Of a DNA stretch of 64,000 nt, positions 58,471 to 64,000 are shown piece by piece. The position numbers and the translations under genes are program-made. The stretch is from Sphingobacteriales bacterium (lineage in GTDB: Bacteria; Bacteroidota; Bacteroidia; Sphingobacteriales; Sphingobacteriaceae). The DNA is taken from NCBI GenBank assembly GCA_038204935.1, contig JBBRCI010000002.1:24888-88887 (forward strand), in the 5' to 3' direction. Positions within the stretch are counted from its first letter, which is position 1. Each line of letters opens with the position of its first letter. The notes beneath the pieces are model-generated. The model saw nothing but the letters and a program-made list of their open reading frames with translations. It had not been told where the DNA came from and searched no databases.

Positions 58471-59079
58471 TTAATGATTGCCAAGTCCAAGGCCGGCGGA
58501 ACCGTGAACTTTTGCCCCAACTTTAGGGCGGCTAAGTTTAACATCTGCACCAGCTTTGGCGCCGGTTTTAACTTTTACAGGACGATTAGCTTTATCGGCC
58601 TTTCTGCTTGCTTTTGCACTTGCTCTGGCTTCTGCAGAAATTACTTTCCCTTCTTTATCTTTACGTTCTGCTTTCAGCTCCTCTTTTTCTTCACGAGCTT
58701 TGTCTTTAACTTCATTGATATTTTCTTTACGAACTTCAATTTCAGATTTTACTTCTGCAGAATGCTCCTCTTTGCGCATTTCAGCATCAGATTTTACTCC
58801 GTCCACAAATTCTCTTTGATCTTGTTTTCTAGCTTCACGCTCTGCTTTTGCAGCAGTTTTTAATTGTTGGCGCTCTTCTGCTGTTTTATTTTTTCTGTGT
58901 AATGATGCCTGAGATTTTGATGAAGCTGTTGCGCTTACATCAGAACCTTTAGCATGCGCTTCAGTTTGTGTTTTAGCTTTAGAACTTACTGTTGTTCCGT
59001 GTTCGTTTTTTTCGGTTGTCTGTGAAAATGCTGAGGCTGTAAATAATAATGCGGCAGCGGCTAATAGTGTAGTCTTCAT
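58471..59079 (-). CDS. Secreted low-complexity K/E/A-rich protein
   Basis: Signal peptide ending AFSQ, repeated G-x-x-(V/I)-S-x-x-A motif, charged helical core and basic tail. Confidence 0.75.
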   Translation of the reverse strand: MKTTLLAAAALLFTASAFSQTTEKNEHGTTVSSKAKTQTEAHAKGSDVSATASSKSQASLHRKNKTAEERQQLKTAAKAEREARKQDQREFVDGVKSDAEMRKEEHSAEVKSEIEVRKENINEVKDKAREEKEELKAERKDKEGKVISAEARASAKASRKADKANRPVKVKTGAKAGADVKLSRPKVGAKVHGSAGLGLGNH

Positions 59080-59124
59080 GATTCTATGTTTTAGTTTTGT
59101 TTCGTTTAATTGTTATTACTGATA

Positions 59125-59158
59125 CAAATTTGTTGGGGAAAGATGAAGACAAGATGAA
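59125..59158 (-). promoter_or_regulatory. Tandem direct-repeat operator (OmpR-type) plus weak -7 box
   Basis: Minus strand TTCATCTT-gtc-TTCATCTT (59158-59151 and 59147-59140, 11-bp period), then CAAATTTG at 59132-59125. Confidence 0.55.
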
Positions 59159-59333
59159 TTTTTGAAATTATTTTAAAATAAAATTAATTTACTTGTATTT
59201 AGCTGACTTATTTTTGGTTGAAAATTACGTAATCATCGTTTAATCATTAATATACGGAACGAAATAAACTGTATCGCTTCCATAGTAAATCCCTGTTAAA
59301 TTCATTATCTTGAAAGATTAATGGTTTGCAATT

Positions 59334-60626
59334 ATGAAGAAACTTGTTTTTTTTTCATTTCTGATCCTGTTTTTTTCGATTAATTCATATTCGCAATCTG
59401 TTGTGAGTATGAAAATTGATGGTACGATAAATCCTTTAACATCTTCCTTTATTCATGATGGTATTCAGAAAGCTGTTAATGAAAAAGCAGAATGTCTGAT
59501 CATTCATTTAAATACGCCCGGAGGATTATTAAAATCAACACGCATTATTGTGAGTGATATTTTAAGTTCTGAGGTTCCGGTTGTAGTTTATGTTTCTCCC
59601 GAAGGCGCACATGCTGGCTCTGCGGGAGTTTTTATTACACTCGCAGCAAATATTGCGGCAATGGCTCCTGGAACAAATATTGGCGCTGCTCATCCGGTTA
59701 ATCTGCAAGGTCAGTCAGATTCTGTTATGAATACCAAATCAACCAATGATGCGGCCGCATTCATTAGAAGTATCGCTCAAAAACGTAATCGTAATTTAGA
59801 ATGGGCAGAAGATGCCGTACGAAATAGTATTTCAATTACAGCCAAAGAAGCTTTGGAAAAAAACGTGGTGGATTTGATGGCAAATTCTGAAACAGATCTT
59901 CTGAACAAGATAAACGGAAAAACAGTTTCGTTAAATTCCGGCAATAAAACTCTTAATACCCGCAATGCAAAAATTGTTAATTATGAAATGACAACTTCAG
60001 AAAAAGTATTAGATATGCTTAGCGATCCAAATATTGCTTACATTTTAATGCTTATAGGTATGTACGGAATTATTTTTGAGCTTTTCAATCCAGGAGCTAT
60101 TTTTCCTGGCGTAGTGGGCGTAATCAGTATTATTGTTGCATTTTATTCTTTACACACACTTCCGGTAAATTACGCAGGCGTGTTGCTTCTTGTATTTTCA
60201 CTTGTATTATTTATTCTGGAAATCAAAATTGTAAGTCATGGCTTGCTTTCGCTCGGCGGAGTTATCTCAATGGTCCTGGGTTCACTCATGCTATTTAAAA
60301 CCAGTTCATCCCTTGAGTTTTTTCGGATATCCACCAGCTTGATAATTATATGCACCTTATTTAGTACCTTATTTTTTCTTTTCATCATTACGTTAGGATT
60401 AAAAGCACAACAAAAAAAACCGGTTACGGGTGAAGAAGGAATTATTGGTGAAACAGGAGAAAGTCTCAGTATTTTGGATCCCAATGGAAATGTAAGGGTA
60501 CATGGCGAAATCTGGAATGCAGAATCGCTTACTGGCATTATTGAAAAAGGAGAAAGAATTAAAGTGGTTGCTATCCGCGATTTAAAATTATTTGTAGATA
60601 AACTTAAAAGCTCGTCCTCAACCTGA
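59334..60626 (+). CDS. nfeD: NfeD long form (ClpP-like protease, TM and OB domains)
   Basis: [36 protein letters not shown] and VHGEIWNA. Confidence 0.92.
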   Translation: MKKLVFFSFLILFFSINSYSQSVVSMKIDGTINPLTSSFIHDGIQKAVNEKAECLIIHLNTPGGLLKSTRIIVSDILSSEVPVVVYVSPEGAHAGSAGVFITLAANIAAMAPGTNIGAAHPVNLQGQSDSVMNTKSTNDAAAFIRSIAQKRNRNLEWAEDAVRNSISITAKEALEKNVVDLMANSETDLLNKINGKTVSLNSGNKTLNTRNAKIVNYEMTTSEKVLDMLSDPNIAYILMLIGMYGIIFELFNPGAIFPGVVGVISIIVAFYSLHTLPVNYAGVLLLVFSLVLFILEIKIVSHGLLSLGGVISMVLGSLMLFKTSSSLEFFRISTSLIIICTLFSTLFFLFIITLGLKAQQKKPVTGEEGIIGETGESLSILDPNGNVRVHGEIWNAESLTGIIEKGERIKVVAIRDLKLFVDKLKSSSST

Positions 60627-60666
60627 TAAAATTTTTAATAAACATCTTAATTTAAAACTCACTATT

Positions 60667-61437
60667 ATGCAGCAAATTCCTTTCACCTTTATCATTCTGG
60701 CATTTTTAGCGATCCTATTTTTGTCGAGCGCAATTAAGATTCTTCGTGAATACGAACGTGGCGTAATTTTTAGATTAGGACGTGTTTTAGGCGGAGGCGC
60801 TAAAGGTCCGGGAATAATTTTACTAATTCCTTTTATCGATAAAATGGTAAAAGTTAGTTTAAGGACTGTGGTAATGGATGTACCACCGCAGGATGTTATT
60901 ACAAGTGATAACGTTTCTATAAAGGTAAATGCGGTTATTTATTTCAGGGTTATTCATCCCGAAAAAGCAATTATAGAAGTAGAGAATTTCCTGATGGCTA
61001 CTTCTCAATTTTCGCAAACCACATTAAGAAGCGTCTTAGGGCAGTCTGAACTGGATGATCTTTTATCTCAACGTGAAAAAATTAACCATAGGCTGCAACA
61101 AATTATTGATACCAATACTGAACCCTGGGGAATAAAGGTTTCTACAGTGGAGGTTAAACAAATTGATTTACCGCAGGAAATGCAACGGGCAATGGCCAAG
61201 CAGGCAGAAGCAGAACGGGAAAGAAGATCGAAAGTTATTTCTGCGGAAGGTGAGTTTCAGGCTTCGCAGCGATTAGCTGATGCAGCTAAAATATTAGATG
61301 AGCAGCCAAGCGCTCTTACATTAAGGTATTTACAAACATTGAGAGAAATAGCCACAGAGAACAACTCTACAACTATTTTCCCTATTCCTGTTGACCTTTT
61401 AACGCCATTCATGCAGAGTTTGAAAGAAAAGAAATAG
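60667..61437 (+). CDS. Stomatin-like SPFH (slipin) protein
   Basis: [45 protein letters not shown] and LRYLQTL. Confidence 0.93.
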   Translation: MQQIPFTFIILAFLAILFLSSAIKILREYERGVIFRLGRVLGGGAKGPGIILLIPFIDKMVKVSLRTVVMDVPPQDVITSDNVSIKVNAVIYFRVIHPEKAIIEVENFLMATSQFSQTTLRSVLGQSELDDLLSQREKINHRLQQIIDTNTEPWGIKVSTVEVKQIDLPQEMQRAMAKQAEAERERRSKVISAEGEFQASQRLADAAKILDEQPSALTLRYLQTLREIATENNSTTIFPIPVDLLTPFMQSLKEKK

Positions 61438-61831
61438 CCTGATCTACCATCCGGCTAACCATAACTTTAGTTAAAGGTTTGCATTGTATGCTGTTTATTG
61501 ATGGATAATTGACAATTCTATTTAGGTCTGAATCATTGATTGATGAAGTAATCATAAATATTTCAAACCTGTCTTTTGTACTTTGATGAAGTTTTTCAAA
61601 TTCTTCTACAAAGCCAAATCCATTCATTATCGGCATCTGAATATCCAAAACAATTACTGTTTTATTTTCGCTTACAAGATAAGAGTGATTTTTTAACAGA
61701 TCAATTACTTTTGTGGCTTCCATAAAGGTTTGCACAGCGTAATTTCCTGTACTCTGGATTATTCTTTCGGCAATAAAACAATCTAATTTGCTGTCGTCAA
61801 TAATTATAAAACTGGGTATTGTATTTTGCAT
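61409..61831 (-). CDS. Single-domain response regulator
   Basis: [23 protein letters not shown] and CKPL; no output domain. Confidence 0.88.
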   Translation of the reverse strand: MQNTIPSFIIIDDSKLDCFIAERIIQSTGNYAVQTFMEATKVIDLLKNHSYLVSENKTVIVLDIQMPIMNGFGFVEEFEKLHQSTKDRFEIFMITSSINDSDLNRIVNYPSINSIQCKPLTKVMVSRMVDQAISFLSNSA

Positions 61832-61848
61832 GTTATTTAATACGTGTT

Positions 61849-62952
61849 CTACTTGTTACGTATTTTTACCCGAAAGGTTGTGCCCTGATCTACTGCTGAG
61901 TCTACTTTTATCTCCCCGTTGAGTTTTAACAAAGCATCTTTTACATTATACAGACCAAAACCAGAACCCGGTTCCTGCGAACTTGCCCTGAAAAACATAT
62001 TAAAGATCTCCCCGATATGTTTGCCGTCTATTCCAATTCCATTATCTTTTATATCAATGCTGGCTACACCTTTTTCTACTTTAATTACCAGAGTAACCTT
62101 TTTCTCAACGTTGTTAGATCTCTGATATTTAAAAGCGTTAGAAAGAAGATTATTCAAGATAATTTTCATAGACATATTATCTCCCCTAAAAGGTTCTTCC
62201 TGATGAACTTCGGTAGCAAATTCAACGCGGTTCATTTTTGCAGTTAGCTGATAAGTAGCTATTTGTTCTTCTACAATGTCATTAAAGTTAAGTTCAGAAA
62301 TTACAAGCTCTCCGCGATTAACATTATAATAATCATGAATATTTTGAATGAAATTATCCAGATTGTGGACAGATCCTTTCATCAGTAAAAGCATATCTTT
62401 TATTTCCTGAAGGTTATCCATCTCCTGCGAAACCTCTATAGCGCCAAGAACACTCAATAAAGGGCCACGCATGTCATGAGTTACGCTATATGCAAATTTG
62501 TCTAGTTCAACATATGCTTTCTGTAATTCTTCATTTTTGATAACCATTAATTTATTGGCATCATAAAATTTGTTGGCTTGGTTTACTGCTGTAGTAATAT
62601 CAGGTTCAGACCATGGTTTTTTTATATATCTGAAAACATTACCCAGATTTATTGCATCAATAATGGCGTCAATATCTGTAAAACCGGTAATTAAGATCCG
62701 GATAGGATCGGGGAAAGTGCTGCGGATTTCATCAAAAAACTCAACCCCCGTTTTACCAGGCATCCGCTGATCACAAAATATTACCTGGATATCCGGATTT
62801 TTCTCTAAAATATCAATTGCTTCGATCGTGTCGTTTGCAATCATGACATTATAAATTAATCTGAATGACGCTTTAAATCCGGTCAGGTTATTTGGTTCAT
62901 CATCTACATAAAGAATTTTTATTTTCTCCTTTTTTTCTGCCTGATTGCTCAT
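61849..62952 (-). CDS. Hybrid REC-histidine kinase (cytoplasmic)
   Basis: LYVDDE and CDQRMP receiver; THDMRGP H box; NLLSNAFKY, DNGIGI and GSGFGL. No TM helix. Confidence 0.92.
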   Translation of the reverse strand: MSNQAEKKEKIKILYVDDEPNNLTGFKASFRLIYNVMIANDTIEAIDILEKNPDIQVIFCDQRMPGKTGVEFFDEIRSTFPDPIRILITGFTDIDAIIDAINLGNVFRYIKKPWSEPDITTAVNQANKFYDANKLMVIKNEELQKAYVELDKFAYSVTHDMRGPLLSVLGAIEVSQEMDNLQEIKDMLLLMKGSVHNLDNFIQNIHDYYNVNRGELVISELNFNDIVEEQIATYQLTAKMNRVEFATEVHQEEPFRGDNMSMKIILNNLLSNAFKYQRSNNVEKKVTLVIKVEKGVASIDIKDNGIGIDGKHIGEIFNMFFRASSQEPGSGFGLYNVKDALLKLNGEIKVDSAVDQGTTFRVKIRNK

Positions 62953-64000
62953 CTTATACTAAAAGGTAGTTCTATAATAAATTCAGTTCCGATTCCGGGC
63001 GTTGATTTGACTGTAATATCTCCATTATGTTTCTTAATGGTATTGTAAGCTATAGACATTCCCAATCCGGTGCCTTCTCCCACATCTTTAGTAGTAAAAA
63101 ACGGCTCAAAAATCTTTTTACGTGTGTTTTCGTCCATTCCGGTACCATTATCCAAAATACTAATTAACACTTTGCTGCTGTTATAGTTGCTTGTAATAAT
63201 AATGTTACCCCCATTATCTTCGCCAAATTTCTTTTTAACTGCAAATATGGCGTTGGTAATAATATTTAAAAACACCTGATTTAATTTACCCGGATAGCAT
63301 TCCAACATGGGCAAATCAGCATAATTTTTTTGTAATGAAATTTTATCGGACAGTAAATTATTGATAATGATAATTGTGGAATCCAAACCTTCGTTAAGGT
63401 TTGCTTTTTTCAAATCATCTTCGTCCAGTCGGGAAAAAATACGCAACCCTTTAACTATTTCGGCGGTTCTGTGCGCACCTTCATTAATTCCATTCAATAA
63501 TTGAGCTATCTCTAACTTCAGATAAGCAAAATCTATTTCCTCTTTATGATTATAAATTTGCTGATGCTTTTCTTCGGATGTAAGATCCTCAGAATAACAT
63601 ATTTTTTCCATCATATTTATCGCTTCAAATAGTTGGTCAACATCACGCTTTAGCGGATTAATATTAGAAGTTACAAAATTTATAGGATTATTAATCTCGT
63701 GGGCAATTCCTGCCGTTAACTGACCAAGCGATGCCATCTTTTCAGATTCGACCAAATGCGTTTCTGCATCTTTCAAATCCTGTAAAGTTTTATTCAATTC
63801 AGAATTAGATACGCTCAATTCAAGAGTGCGCTCATTTACCTTTGCCTCTAACAAAATGTTTTGTTCGCGAATAATTCTGGCATTTTCATTAGCTGATTCA
63901 AGTGCTTCAGCCTGAGATTGTTCTTTTTCCTTTTTTAACACATTAATTCGATCTGCCAAAGCAATTGATAAAAGGAAAACCTCAATTGCCGAGCCTAACT
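62949..64000 (-). CDS. Sensor histidine kinase, probably 7TM-DISM type, 5'-truncated by window edge
   Basis: Frame is open to the window end ([19 protein letters not shown], typical of the last 7TM-DISM helix). Coiled coil, [28 protein letters not shown] and [14 protein letters not shown]. Confidence 0.88.
   Translation of the reverse strand, partial: LGSAIEVFLLSIALADRINVLKKEKEQSQAEALESANENARIIREQNILLEAKVNERTLELSVSNSELNKTLQDLKDAETHLVESEKMASLGQLTAGIAHEINNPINFVTSNINPLKRDVDQLFEAINMMEKICYSEDLTSEEKHQQIYNHKEEIDFAYLKLEIAQLLNGINEGAHRTAEIVKGLRIFSRLDEDDLKKANLNEGLDSTIIIINNLLSDKISLQKNYADLPMLECYPGKLNQVFLNIITNAIFAVKKKFGEDNGGNIIITSNYNSSKVLISILDNGTGMDENTRKKIFEPFFTTKDVGEGTGLGMSIAYNTIKKHNGDITVKSTPGIGTEFIIELPFSIR

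Noticed and set aside
58378-58863. 161-aa plus-strand ORF rich in F/C
   Set aside because: Antisense shadow of the K/E-rich gene at 58471-59079 and it crosses a terminator. The many other short antisense ORFs in the track were rejected on the same grounds.

Overview
AT-rich chromosomal segment of a Bacteroidota genome. The gene families, the TAnnTTTG -7 promoter boxes and the lack of Shine-Dalgarno motifs suggest a Pedobacter-like member of Sphingobacteriaceae (inference). About 60 CDS are present, mostly housekeeping: rmuC, thiL, nadA/nadB, mnmG, ybeY, hisS, fumC, glgC/glgA, polA, tag, trmB, fcl, glnS, nfeD-stomatin and several two-component systems. I found no rRNA, tRNA, CRISPR array, transposase or integrase gene. 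The most informative signals are non-coding. (1) Two parS palindromes lie at mnmG, and a cluster of DnaA-box-like 9-mers lies between nadA and nadB, so the window probably contains or adjoins oriC. (2) A ~380-bp hairpin-repeat element with inverted ends sits between a 53-bp direct duplication of the polA 3' end. (3) Three sigma-54-type -24/-12 promoters are present, two with candidate enhancer palindromes. (4) An OmpR-type tandem box precedes an uncharacterised module of secreted proteins, a beta-barrel and a two-component system. (5) A solo IS3-like end overlaps the fcl stop codon. Uncharacterised gene clusters at 20.2-21.6 kb, 46.5-48.7 kb and 55.2-59.1 kb are the best candidates for undescribed systems. 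All family assignments come from motif recognition by eye; no database searches were run. Where sequence context supported a downstream start codon, I used it instead of the ORF-track start.
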